Source: Botryllus schlosseri (Eukaryota). Taken from it: DNA of 64,000 nt. Below are positions 36,950 through 49,849 of this stretch, piece after piece. Position 1 is the stretch's first letter. The number at the start of each line of letters is the position of its first letter. The position numbers and the translations under genes were made by a program. The notes beneath the pieces are model-generated. The model ran no database searches and had not been told where the DNA came from. It was given only the letters and a program-made list of their open reading frames with translations. The DNA lies in the NCBI GenBank assembly GCA_051294905.1, contig CM119371.1:33110001-33174000 (forward strand), given 5' to 3'.

Positions 36950-39419
36950 CAGTGTTGGGATCAAGTCACTGCCTTCGAGTCACGAGTCATTTCGAGTCAT
37001 TGCACATTTTGACTCGAGTCAAGTCAAGTCAATCGATTTTCGAAGGTGACTCGAGTCAAGTCAAGTCAATTGATTTTTGGAGGTGACTCGAGTCAAGTCG
37101 AGTCAAGTCAAGTCAAGTCACGAGTCAAGTTACATTTCAAGTCAAGTTGCCTTTTCGAAGTATGAGGCATACTACGTCATGACATTTTGCTAGCCGTCTG
37201 AAATAAAAATTGACTGGTCATTAATTTTGCACCGATGAACGAATATAGAGTTAAATATACGCGCAAGAAGGCCTTGTATCGCTCACATATACGTAGAACC
37301 GCTAAACTACGTAATTATAGTTGCATAGCCTCAGTTTGGGGGCACTTCTCTTTAAAAATGATTTTTTTAGGTGTTGACGTTTGTAGTCATAAATTCCTAA
37401 AGGTAGATGCGAGCCCCATGATTCATACATTGCTGGAAAGGGCAGGAAATTTACTTTCCAAATATGGTCTTTATGTTGTACCATGAGCATGTACCCCAAA
37501 AGGTTTTCTAACAAAATTTATGAAATTTTTGTCAGCGAACCCTAAATTTTCATTTTTTTCAAAATTCTTTCCTCTGTAAAAACTTTTATGGACACAATTT
37601 TGAGAAAACGCTCAATCATTTTATTATACATACCCTAACCATCATTTGTGCAAAACTTCAGATGAATCGAACAAGCAGGTGCCAAGCAGATACAATTTTT
37701 GTGCAGAAAAATTATATTTTGAGAAAATCGCGTTTGAAAAAATAAAACCACAATAACTTCGAAAAACAAGGATATGAACACTGATCATGACATCAATGGC
37801 CACATTAGTTGATTTGCATAACACATTGAACCATATATAACACAACCTGAGCATTAATAGCCGCCAGGCACATAGTCTGATGTGTCTTAGGACTCTTGAA
37901 CTCTTTCAATTTTTGACAGCGAAAGAGCGTGGAGATGCGGTCTTTCTTTTTTGTCCTTCAAACCAGTTTCAATTTTGTGAAGGTGTTCACTGGCAAGTTT
38001 AGGCTTTCAAGAACACTCAAGTATCCACTACATCCAATATTCCAGTTCAGTACGGACGTAGCTACAGCACGTTTTACTGCCATAGTTCATAAGTACCTTT
38101 TCTTCAGGCACCTTGTCCCTATGGTCACGACGAATGACTCATTTTGGGTTTTGGTAAATCCACCAATGCATCTTTCCATTTCAAAGATTCTTCTAAAACT
38201 CTAAATTTCCTTGATCGACTCATTCTAGGCAAATTGATAGCTAGAAATGAAAACCAATCCAAGACAGTTATCCAGAAACAATAAATACTACCCAATATTA
38301 TCAGTCAGCAGTCAATGAATAAAAACAGATGAAATAGGAAAACACACAACCTCCATCTCGACCATTTCCTTGGTACTGAATCAATGAAGCAGCCAAGTAT
38401 ATGAAAGCAGACATGCTAGAACACTTATTTATAAACATACAATAAATACTACCCAATATGGTCAGTTATCAGTCAACAAATCAAAAAAAAATGAAAAAAA
38501 AAAATTGCCTCACCTCGCCTGTTTACTGAATCTGTGAAGCAGCCAAGTTTATGAAGGCAGACTGGCTAGAACACTCATTTCAAGCTCTACAGCAGAGATT
38601 TCGCCAGGTAGCGCTATTTCCACCAGCAAAGGCGAATGTCGGATTAGAATGAACACGACTGCAGCAAAAATTGGGCTGTAATTCTTTTTTTATATAAAAT
38701 GGTCCCCAAAAGAAACTAGTTTTGGATAAGAAGGAGTTGTAATATCATAAAAATAATGACATATTTGGAAAGAGCGTGAAATTTCCGTTCTAGATCGATG
38801 AAGAAAAAAAAAACACAAAAAAATTATTTCTAAAGAGAAGTGCCCCCTTAACGGCCAAAATAGAGAACTAGAAACGAATTGATTAGATGCAATACATTAC
38901 CGATTTACAAATTGATATGATACAATTCGAGCCTGCGCCAACGGTTGAGGACGATTTAAACTATATTCGCATTCAATTTCACTAAAACAAGAGGTTTGGT
39001 TAAGGTAAGAATGGACAACAGAAATATACATTTTGCTATTTAATTACTTTACTACACTAGTTTACGACAACGTAAGCTGTAAGCTTCGATCACTTCGCTT
39101 GCTGTCAATATATTTGTGAGAGAACAATGCAGGCTCAGTAAAATGAATGATTGGTTAAACCAGCGTTTCGCGAACAATCCGAACATATGCAAGATACAGT
39201 GATTTTTATCGAAACCGATTATACTTCATGACTTGAAATTGACTCGCGAATTCTGCTCTGAGTCACGAGTCAATCCACATTTCTGATGTGCCGAGTCAAG
39301 TCAAGTCAAGTCATTTTAGCAAAGTGACTCGAGTCAAGTCAAGTCACACGAAAAAGGTGACTCGAGTCTGACTCGAGTCTGACTCGAGTCAAGTCATGAC
39401 CCGAGTCATCCCAACACTG
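36950..39419. mobile_element. GACTCGAGTCAA-repeat hAT MITE, complete
   Basis: TIR CAGTGTTGGGAT; perfect TSD CTACAAAT. Confidence 0.95.
37338..38847 (-). mobile_element. Kolobok-like deleted transposon nested in the MITE
   Basis: TIR GGGGGCACTTCTCTTTA, TTAA on the right flank; minus strand ERCIGGFTKTQNESF, AVATSVLNWNIG, DYVPGGY*; ~160-bp direct repeat at 38278/38439. Confidence 0.8.
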
Positions 39420-39449
39420 CTACAAATGTCGACAAAAATATCGCGCCAA

Positions 39450-40030
39450 CAATTTTAATGATTCAAATAGGCTAATTTAAGGTTGCTGAATCCGATTCTG
39501 CGCTCAGAATTTCTCCATCACATCAATTTCTTTTCGTATGAATTTTTCCCATTTTCGTAAATTAATCAAATTTCGTCTTTCGTTAGTGTCATCACGGTTA
39601 GCATACAACAGCAACAGATCAAATATTGTTATTAAAATCATCTATCATAAAACCTGGGTTGTTCTATTACAAAATGAGTGAGTTTTGATGAACTTGAATC
39701 GTTCATTCAATCAGAAGCTCTTTTCGACCCATAAATTACCCTGATCTAAAAATTTCAAAAAAAAGTTGTCCCTAAAATTTTAATGATTGATTCAGGCTAA
39801 TATTAGGTTGCTGAATCGTATTCTGTGCCCAGAATTTCTCTATCACGTCGATTTTTTTCGGTTTATGTATTTTTCTCATTTTAATAAATGAATCAAATTT
39901 CAGCTTCCGTTAGGGACATTACGGTGAGCGTACAACAGCAACAAATCAAGTATTGTTATTGAAATAATCTGTAATGATGAAATCTAGGTTGTTGTAGAAC
40001 AGAACAACTGAATTTTCGGTGAACTTGAAT
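39450..40030. repeat. Two ~325-bp tandem units, probably from a DNA transposon end
   Basis: AATTTTAATGATT...AGGCTAAT...GGTTGCTGAATC at 39451 and 39776. Confidence 0.8.
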
Positions 40031-41999
40031 CCAGTGGTTCGCTATTTTCTTTCGATCAGGACCTCTTTTCGACAAATAAATTTTTACGTGGATGGAACTA
40101 ATTTTAGTCGGTTGCCGTCATCATCTTTATATACCACTCTTCATTTAAAGATCGTGATTAGTAGCTTCGTACCTAATTTAGTTTCCTGCGCTACCTTTAT
40201 TTATACATCTGTCCTGCAGACTTAATCCGTCACTCCACTTTCGTAAAATGTAAAAGTTTGCAAACAACAAGCATTGTATTGTGGGTCTATTATGTAAAAG
40301 ATTGTTCATTCTGGTACAAGACCTAAATATATGGCCCTTTAAGCTTGTTTTGAAAATTGCAAGAAACAGGATGCCTGTTTTCCAAAGAAAAAAGGGCTTG
40401 TCGTGATAACTTGAAAGAATTTATCATCATTATCTACGCCTGTACTTATGCTAATTCTTCTTCTCCAGTTTATATATTTTGATACATTTTATCGGAATCG
40501 AGGAAAGATGTTTCCGAACGCTTTATTTCTTTTGGTTCATTGCCATGGTACTACGGGCTTCTTTGGCGTTGTCTATTATAGACAACTCGATGAATGAAGA
40601 CTGCTTACGAACAGCTCAACACGAAATCTAAAGTGCGTGTTACGTCACAATAGAAATAAATATGCATCGGTTCTGGGACAGTTGATCCGTCTCGACATAG
40701 GACATTTTGTGGCCTTCACCAAATACCATGTTTTCTATGCTGGAAGGGGCCAGAAATGTGCATTGGTTAATTTCTAGGGATGTTTTTATTTGGTTTCGGG
40801 GCTTTTTGCTAGTGTTTTGCACGATTCAATGCCTGTTCTAAATACAAACAGCTTACATTTTGGTGGTTTCTGATTTGCCGTAATATTTTACTATGAACTA
40901 GAGTTGGTCGAAAGGATCGGCGTTGCTACTCAAGTAGCGCAAGTAACGCCTTGTACTTCTACTCAATTACAAGTAGAAGTAGTAAATTCCAAGACAATCT
41001 GGAAACTAGTTCAAGTGGAATACGAAATTAAATTTATGAGGAAGTCAGTAAATATCTAGGTATATTTTGTCGGTGGGAGAGTGGTCGCATACATCCAACA
41101 GTGAAATCGCAGGATGCATCGTTGATGACACCACCCATAGGTAGAATCTTTGAAAAATATATTCAGTTACCGTGATTCAGACACTATTTCATGCGTTTCT
41201 TATGACAATTTAACTCATGAAAGTGGTAGAATATTATCCTGAACTACTTTATACTTTACAAAAACCTAATTGCAAATGTAATTAGTTCATCCAGAATACT
41301 GTTCAGGTAGATGTGGAAGTAGTTCTAAAACATTACCACTTCAGTAAGTAGTGCAAGTAGCCCAAATCTACTTGATTGCCTCGAAAAAGTAGAAATATTC
41401 AACATATATAATATCTCAACAACGTGATGTGATAGAGCAAAAATAACGCCAGATTCGTATTCAGCGCCCCAAATTAGGTATAATTTACCCAAAGAAATCC
41501 TGGCGCAAGAATCGTGTAAACCAGTGTTATCTACATCTCAATGTTATCTATGACACAATAGCTTGCAAGTTAGAAGTTCAACAAGCCCAGCCAAGCAAGG
41601 CAACCTTTATACTAAATGTATATATATATAGCATAAATTTGAGGTCTTTTCCCATTTCACGGACGCCCAGTCAAGACCGCCAAAAATTACATTGTCACTG
41701 TGTCACCTATTCAGGCTATTTGTTTTGTTGAAGTCGCCAACACCGAGTTTTGCTGCAAGCCTTGGACCAAGTTTGCAGACCTAGGGGGTTAGGGTATGGT
41801 ATTGGACTTGGTTTATGGACAATCACTTAGGTCTTTGTTTTTTTGCCAAAAATTATTTCCGCGTACCAGAAATAATGTAATTTTCGGCGGTTTCACCAGA
41901 CCATCCGTGAAATGAGGAAGTACAAATTTGACAGCTCTGAAGGAGCTGACAGCGAAGTGCTGCCATGCAGGTTTCAAACCTACGCAGAACATAAAAGTG

Positions 42000-44789
42000 T
42001 ACGCATGATCGATTGAATAATGAAGAAGGAAACGAAACAAGCAGATACCCATCAAATCTTTAACTGTGGGATTATACAACGGCACCTTTCGAGTACCTCA
42101 GACCCAATTGTTTTAAATTTATAAATGCAACGTTTTACTGCAACTTCTGTTCAAATTAAATGGAACTTTCTCACAGTTGTGCAACAAAAACTTGATCTAA
42201 TTTATTCTGGTCGACAAGGTTTTCGCAGTGAAATCTGTTTAGGTCGTCTTAACCCAGGGGTGGGCAAACTACGGCCTGCGGCCGCATGCGGCCCTCCACA
42301 CTGTTCTGTGCGGCCCGCGAGAGTCTAAAGATACTTATGAAAAATATTGATAATATGCGTAAAAAAATTATTGCTGGAACTTGATTAAACCTTTTCTTAG
42401 TATATTTCACCATGATAAATCTAAGGCAGTGATTTTCAAACTAGGGGCGCACACCCCTTGGGGGTGTGAAAGTATCTGATGGGATCGCGAAGCTGAGCTC
42501 ACCTGATTTTTTTCTTTCGCGCTCCGTGCGATCTACATCCCATTCCTACTTATTGCTCTGTATTCAGTCTGAATTTCATATTTGAAAATCTCTCATCCAC
42601 AGTCTTAACTTTCCATGCCATCTAACTATCCGTTAGGTTTGATAGCATCCTGGTTGCGTTTTCTGATATGGCGATAAGGGGGGCGAACTCGTTTACCGTC
42701 ATAAGGGGGAGGGCGTGGGTTAAAAAGTGTGTGAACCACTGTTCTAAGGTAAATACTACCTATGTTATTTTTATGTTTAATTTCTGTCGCGACAGCCCGA
42801 TCTCAAGGCTCACGCAGTTTGAAAGGTTAACTGCTAAACATCACAGAAATCGTGAACGAGATTGACTCGGATCACTAGTGTCATTTCACATTGGCCACTC
42901 CAGTTTTGATTATTTCTGTGTTCTTGATTATTTCTGTGACTTGTTTCAAAATACGTAAAGTAATGTACTGCGTAATTATCATCAATTTCCTGGTATGGAA
43001 TCACACTAGGCCTATTACGGAGATACTATATCATGGAATCATATGTTCGGATAAGATAATTCAATATGCACAATGTGATTAGACTTTATTCGCGAGTGAT
43101 GTGTCAGAACTAAACAGTTTGACCACAGGACATCATAAGTTTCGTTACATATGCAGCGTCCATAATATACACCTTACCAAGTCTAATTACATTGACATTA
43201 AGGATATTTTTCAGACACACGTTCCTACCGAAGATGTTATGAAGAATTGGGGTAATCCGATTGAGAAGTAGGTCCCGCATTTTAGTTGTATCTGTAATGC
43301 GATGCTTCATCACTTCTTCGATTTCCAGGGATTGTGCCGTTGGAAAGGGATTATGGGACTTGATCAGAAGCAAAACTGATGATTTTCATGGGCATTGCTA
43401 CATGATCAACGGCAGCCTCCTATACTTCGTTGGCACATCCAATGAACATGAAGGTAAGAGATGTTAGCGATATCTAATTTAAAATATCACACTAAAATAC
43501 TATGCGAGCATAGAGATTGTGTTAATGTTGCCGATTCTGATATTTCAAATCGTTGGTACGACGTACAATGATCCTGCATGCGCTGGTATGCAGTAGGGTT
43601 GCAGAAGTCATTTATTCCCGTTGTGTGTTGAACGGCGTGTTTGCCATTCCAAATCGTCGAACATTATATTCTGGCATCGTCTTACTTTACTATACCACAA
43701 TGCATCTGTGGCGTAGCATCACTGTTAAAAATGTGTCACCCCTTATTTTAATGCGACCCACCCAAATTTGAATCCTGTCTACGCTGATGGCTACATGATA
43801 ACACGAGTCGGGGCCATTCTCGTTCTTTGCTCTTAGATTGTGAGACTAGATATCATCAGGTTTTAAAGGTCAAATTTCCACTCTGCCGTCACTTCGCATT
43901 CGCCTGCGTATTGCCTACAAATGTATAACTCCAGTTTCACTATTTCGCCGTAAAAGTATACGTAATGAAGTCAAAAGTTTTGGTTGTTTCGAAACTATTC
44001 CTAGAATTTATTCCATCATAAAACAATTATTTATCATACCATGGCCGATCATTTCCATTTCAAAGTATTAGCCTGTGCTATTTACCGGTATTGTCATAAA
44101 CAATGCCGGCAAAAAGTATACACATTGAGTCGGCTAAAATTATATATTCGTAATCGTCCCATTTAGAAATGTGGCTGATGACCACGTAAATTGGTTAATT
44201 GTCTATCGTGCTGGAGACCCCCATATATCTGGATACCGCAATCACGCAGAACGCCCCCTCTTTAACAAAGTCGAGGTACGATGTTTTCTTCCATTGCACT
44301 CCCTTTCGAACAATTTTAGTCTTTGAATGGGTTTAATCTGTGGCAACCTAGCACTTTGAGTGCACCAAGTGAAATATTTGAGAAGCCTGTGACTAGAATA
44401 AATGTCATCAACAAAATGTTCAGCCCTAGCCTCTCACGGTATGATGCTTATACAAAAAAGGACATCACTTTCGTCCAAGCCTCAATATCTTCTTTTCAAA
44501 TTCTACACACAATTCGAATGTATATGTCTAAACCATCATTTTACCTCTCTTTTAGTCCAATCATCTACCCGGTGGATAACCATCATTTTGCTTTTGTAAT
44601 ATTTCACCAACGTAAAAATTTGCTTTCAATTGCAGACCAACTAATATCAATGGATGACCTAAGCGATTCGAACTTGAATCACGTCTCGGTGAAGGAACTG
44701 GTCACGAATATCGACTCTGCGCTGATAAAATCAATTAATCTCATGAATCCTGAACTTATCATACCCATTGGCAAATATGCTTCGACTAA
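42000..44789 (+). pseudogene. SMUG1-like domain B, exons ~42000-42092, 43010-43267, 43329-43453, 44636-44789 (possible last exon 45209-45305)
   Basis: Phase-consistent splicing: APFE|PITEILYH...IIQYAQCD*TLFASDVSELNSLTTGHHKF...IEK|DCAVGKGLWDLIRSKTDDFHGHCYMINGSLLYFV|DQLIS...ELVTNIDSALIKSINLMNPELIIPIGKYASTK (SMUG1: [52 protein letters not shown]). Confidence 0.8.
42254..42960 (+). mobile_element. CAGGGGTGGGCAAAC-family MITE, truncated, with inner MITE at 42427-42741
   Basis: Colinear with 46608-47710. Confidence 0.85.
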
Positions 44790-46607
44790 GTAAGTCGGGC
44801 TAGTTTTAGGCATTCTTTCATCAGCGGGTGAAAACTCAACGAGCTGAGTATGGTGGTAAAATAAAGACTTTACTGACAAAGAACATTAACGGAAATCGAA
44901 AGTATTTAACCCATATCATAGCTACTACGTCTTCATGTTATTAAACTGTGTATCTAACCTTAAACATACGCTACTTTTTACCCATAAACATTTTGACAGC
45001 ATTTTCTCGCGCTGTGTGCGACACACGACCAGTTATTGTGTATGCGACATGTGTAATCCGATTTCAAATCTCATTGCTGTAGTCTCTAAAAAACAAATAT
45101 AGCCTCCCATGTCATGAATCTACAATTTATTTACGAACACCCTGGTTGGTCTTTGTAATAATTTTGCATTTGGTATAAGAGCACTATTACTACATCGTCC
45201 TGTTTCAGGTGGTTATGAACTACTACTTTAGCTACGGAGATTCTGATGTAATGACTTTGGCTTTATATTAGTATGAAAAAAAACTCTCATGGATTCCTCA
45301 TATATCAGTGGTTCTAAGCCAGGGGTCCGCGAAGTATTTTCATGGGGTCCGCGAAGCCTCTAACTTTGAAAAATGTTTTATAACCTCATTTGTATTTTTT
45401 TAATTAGGAAAAGTATGATTAAATTTAAAAAATGAGTGATAACCTAATTTATATTTTTTTAATTAGGTATGAGGCTGTTTTGTTTAGTAATTGCTAAAAG
45501 TTCAGAACTTACATCCATCCTCGATATGAATTTTCCTCGCGCTTTGAACAATTAGGCAGACGTCAACCCAAAATCCCTATAACAGGGAAATATGCTTTTT
45601 TCTGGTAGAGAGTAAAAGAACTTTATAGAAGGGGGTCTGGTGGGCGATGACCCAAGAAGTTCGGTTTATGATCCTATGGGGACCAAGATCAACGTTTTGA
45701 CAGACTTGGACAACTAAATAATTCTAGTTGTCTACTTTCACTAAATTCACTAATTTCACCAAATTAAAGCGAAAGGCTAGTACACTAATTCTAATCTAAT
45801 TTGGAAAAGCAGATAACTTTCTAGTTGTCCAATTCTGGTTTTGGGGCTTGACGAAGTACTGTTTCGGCCCTGACTAATACTTAACTAACTAACTGACTAA
45901 CTAACTTACCAAATACAAAAATAAATTTATGAATATTTAAAAAATTTGAAAAAAATGGAAAACATCGATAAAGTGCGAAGTAACGAATAAAACAGTGATA
46001 ATTACAAATGTCAAAAGTCTATGACCAATTGTTTGTTATTGGTATTCATGTTCTGCTATGGTCATTTACTCCAGGCCGATATTCTTCATTTTTATTCCGT
46101 AGCTGCCGATTTGTAACAACTACATCTAGGCTTTTATAGGACACCGCCTACACCGCGGATGAGATGTCGAGGTGAAGCCTATATAAACATCCAGCACGTA
46201 GGCAGGAATATATCAGTGATGATTTCAAATGTCAAAAGTATCTGGCAATATTGACTATACTCACTATAGTTTGAAAAACAACAATGTGATTTGCGCCCCA
46301 AGCTACGAAGGAAAGCATATAAGCTGGCTATGACCATGGGCAACAGTTTTGAACGACAAATTTGTTGACTTTGATTTTGCACTTGATTTAGGCTAATCTT
46401 GGTATGCTGATTCCTTAAATGCCACTGGTTTTCTTGCATCGCGTCAAGTTTTTGCTTTACGACATATGCCCAGAATATGCAAAGCTTCATGAATTTAGCC
46501 ATTACTTTTCTATACCATAAGAAATCCACACTTTTATCACATAATAAGTTATTTAGCCAATGAGTCAATTGAATTATTAGGAAAAGAGTACTGGTATTGA
46601 TCTAGGC

Positions 46608-47710
46608 CAGGGGTGGGCAAACTACGGCCCGCGACACCGTTCTGTGCGGCCCGCGAGAGTCTAAAGAAACTTTTTTTAAATGTTTATATTATGCGTACTA
46701 AAAATCGAATCAATGCAGGGACTTGATTAGGCTAACTTTTTCTTAGTATATTTCACTATGATAGTTCTAAGACAATGGTTCTCAAACGGGTGGCCGCGCC
46801 CCCCTTGGGGACGTGAAGGCATCTGAAGTGGGGTGCGAAGCTGAGCTGAACTGACAAAAATTTTCATGCTTCGCGCGATTCACATCCAATTCATGGTTAT
46901 TGCTTTGTATTTAGTCTGAATTACATATTTAAAAATCTCTCATCCATAGTCATAACCTTCCATGCCATCAAACTGCCCGTTAGGTTTGCGAGCATCCTGG
47001 TTGCGTTTTGTGATATGACGATAAGGGGGCGCGAAATCTTTCACCATCATAAGGGGAGGCGGGCGTGTCTTAAAAAGTTTAAGAACCACTGATCTAAGGT
47101 AAATACTTAACATCACAGCGGGATAGCTGCAACGAGATTGACATAATTTGGATCACGAGTGGGATGTCAGATTGGCCACTCTATATTTAATTATTTCAGT
47201 GATGTGCTTATAAAAAACGACTCGGTCGTCTCTTAGGTAGATTCGGGGTATGTATGCGTAGAATTGGGGTATTTATATTTTATCAACACATCGTAGAAGC
47301 GTATTCGAAGCTAACATGGTTATGATGCTGTCAGCATTGTGTGTCCTGGAACTGAACCAAAAGTAGAATTAGTAAATCTATGAACAGATCGCTGCTCACA
47401 GATTTAAATTTCAACCCTATTCTAAGAATCGGGCCAATCGACTTTCATCTCTGTAGTTTTGACAAATTGGTTATTGAGGTCCGCCAGCTTATGAAATCTC
47501 GCCACTATATGTTTCTGACGCGTGTACGATATCATCAAAGTAATGTTTGGCTTATTTTAAATAAGCATATATATTATCTCCATGTCCTCACTATATAATC
47601 AAATATCAATATTGCGTTTTGGTTTATAATCCCAATTTTATATAGTGCGGCCCACGAATGGATTCAGATGTTGAATGCGGCCCACGAGCTCAATAGTTTT
47701 CCCACCCCTG
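46608..47710 (+). mobile_element. CAGGGGTGGGCAAAC-family composite MITE, complete
   Basis: TIRs intact; TSD ATCTAGGC (46600-46607, 47711-47718). Confidence 0.95.
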
Positions 47711-48285
47711 ATCTAGGCCAGGGGTGGGCTAACTTTTCAGCTTGCCGGCCGCATCCAACATCTGAATCCATTCGCGGACCGCACTACGTGAAATTGGTAT
47801 TATAACCCAAAACGTATTATTGTTATTTGAATATATCGTTAGGACATGGAGATAATATATATGCTAATTTAAAACAAACCAAACATTGATTTGATGATAT
47901 CGTACATGCGTCGGAAACAGTGGCGAGATTTCATGGGCTGGTCAACGTCAATAACCAATTTGTCAAAACTACAGAGATGAAAGTCCGCTGTCCCGATTCT
48001 AGGAACAGGATTGAAATTTAATCTGTGTTCAGCGATCTGTTCATAGATTTACTAATTCTACTTTTGGTTCTGTTCCAGGACACACAATTCTGACAGCAAC
48101 ATAACCACATTTGCTTCAAACACACTACTACTATGTGAAGATAAAATATATTAATCATTGGGTTATAATTTTCACCTGAACAAGTGTCACACAATGTACA
48201 ATGCGATAAGACACAATGCTATGTGCATTGTGCACAGTGCTATGGAGGGTGTCGAACGACACGTATCAGTAGCGATCCTTTACCC

Positions 48286-49410
48286 CAGAGCTGGGCAAAC
48301 TACGGCCCGCGAAAGGCTCAAGAATCGTATTGAAAATATTGAAAATATGCACATTAAAAATCTAATTTCTGCAGGGACTCGATTAAACTATTTCTCATTA
48401 TATTTCACCATGATACTTATAAGTTATGTTCTGACTAGTATATTTTGATTTCATTGCTGGTACGATAGCCCCACCTCAAGGCCCACGCATTTGAAAAGGT
48501 TTCAAATTCAATTGCTAAACATTACAGAAAGTCAAAATGGGATTGACTTTCGGATCGCGACTGTAATTTTACATTGGCAGCTACAGCAAGTTTATTACTT
48601 TTAGTGCTCTACTTTGAAAAACGATTCACGTGTGTGGTAGGTAAATTCGTTCTCTGTATATGCAGAAGTATGTATATTTATAAAATCTATGTGTAGCATA
48701 TTTGAATCAAACATGGTTATGCCGCTGTCAGCATTGTGTGTCCTGGAGTTGAAGCAAAAGTAGAATCAGCAAATCCATAAACAGATCACTGCTCACAGAT
48801 TTGAATCTCCGTCCTGTTCCAAGATTCGGGACAACCGACTTTTATCCCTAGTTTTTTGAATCGTTTATATTGTAGGGTTACCATATTTTGGAAATCTGAA
48901 AAGAGGACACTTTTTCAAAATCTTCAGACTTACAGTACTGGACTTTGTGGTTATTTGACTAATAAATAAATAAATATAAAGGTCAACTTTCCGGCTCAAC
49001 TCCCGAAATACCCGCCGAAACGTTGCTTGAGTACTGATTTTATTTATCTCAGTAAAATTTTAACTTATAATTAACCAAAATATACAAAACAGAGGACAAA
49101 TTCTCAAAAAAGAGGACATTTGGCCGTCCTGCGAGGACACTTTCAAGAAATTTTTAAAAAGAGGACAAATCCTCTTAAAAGAAAACGTATGGTAACCCGT
49201 TGACCAGGAGCTTATGAAAGCACGCTAATGTTTCTGCCGCGTGTACCATATCCTCCAATCAATGGTTGGTTGGTTTTAAAGAACAATATATATAGTTTCC
49301 ACATCCTCACAAAATAATCAAATATCAATATTGCGTTTTGGTTTATGATCTCAATGTTATATAGTGCACCAGGCGAATGGATTTAGATGTTGAATGCTCG
49401 GTCCACGAGT
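48286..49410 (+). mobile_element. More diverged copy of the same family lacking the inner MITE; contains TAGGGTTACCATA MITE at 48873-49199
   Basis: CAGAGCTGGGCAAAC start; colinear with 46608-47710 except for the inner element. Confidence 0.8.
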
Positions 49411-49488
49411 GTTTTTCTTTACAAACTGGTTACTGATGAGGACGATCCACTTATCTATTATCTCCATATTTCTTCGGTCAGTATATGA

Positions 49489-49796
49489 CAGTGGTTCTCA
49501 AGCTGGGGCGCGTGGAAACATCTGAAAGGAGGCGCGATAAGCCGCAGTAAACTGAAAAAAGTTTCGTGCTGGGCGCGATTTCTCTCCAGTTCATGGTTAT
49601 TGCTCTGTATATTGTCCATATTTCATATTTCATAATTCCCTCGTCTACAGCCATAACCTCCAAGGACATCAAACAATATGTTTGGATTGCTAGCATTTTG
49701 ATTTCTCTCTTGGATATTTTTTGATATCACGATAAAGTGGAACGGAACTTTTCACTATCATAAAGGGTGCGTGTCTAATCAAGTTTAAGAGCACTG
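49489..49796. mobile_element. Free-standing copy of the inner MITE
   Basis: TIR CAGTGGTTCTCAA; TSD GTATATGA/TTATATGA. Confidence 0.8.
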
Positions 49797-49849
49797 TTAT
49801 ATGATTAAATTACAATATTGTCTTTTGCCTAATAGTCTCAATTTAATGT

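Larger units (their letters stand above)
36213..41793 (+). pseudogene. SMUG1-like (UDG family 3) domain A, exons 36213-36627, 40469-~40765, 41715-~41793
   Basis: IWNPFEYAWKENVEWAPRFSRQISILFVRMDPSG (SMUG1: [34 protein letters not shown]); VGI*PICKPP; IF*YIL...RFISFGSLPWYY; SVLGQLIRLDIGHFVAFTKY; LLKSPTP. Confidence 0.75.

Noticed and set aside
36950..37145. GACTCGAGTCAAGTCAA arrays resembling a CRISPR
   Set aside because: No constant repeat with unique spacers and no cas genes; these are hAT subterminal motifs in a eukaryotic context.
40353..40420. LQETGCLF resembling SMUG1 MAQTGVPF
   Set aside because: No phase-compatible splice sites; the equivalent motif is already supplied by ILGCLKW at ~36460-36480.
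43110..43373. Minus-strand 87-aa ORF
   Set aside because: Antisense shadow of the + strand SMUG1-like exons.
44323..44635. N-terminal part of the 156-aa ORF
   Set aside because: Intron read-through; only 44636-44789 has splice signals and homology.
46179..46568. 129-aa minus-strand ORF
   Set aside because: No recognisable motif or splice context; left unassigned.
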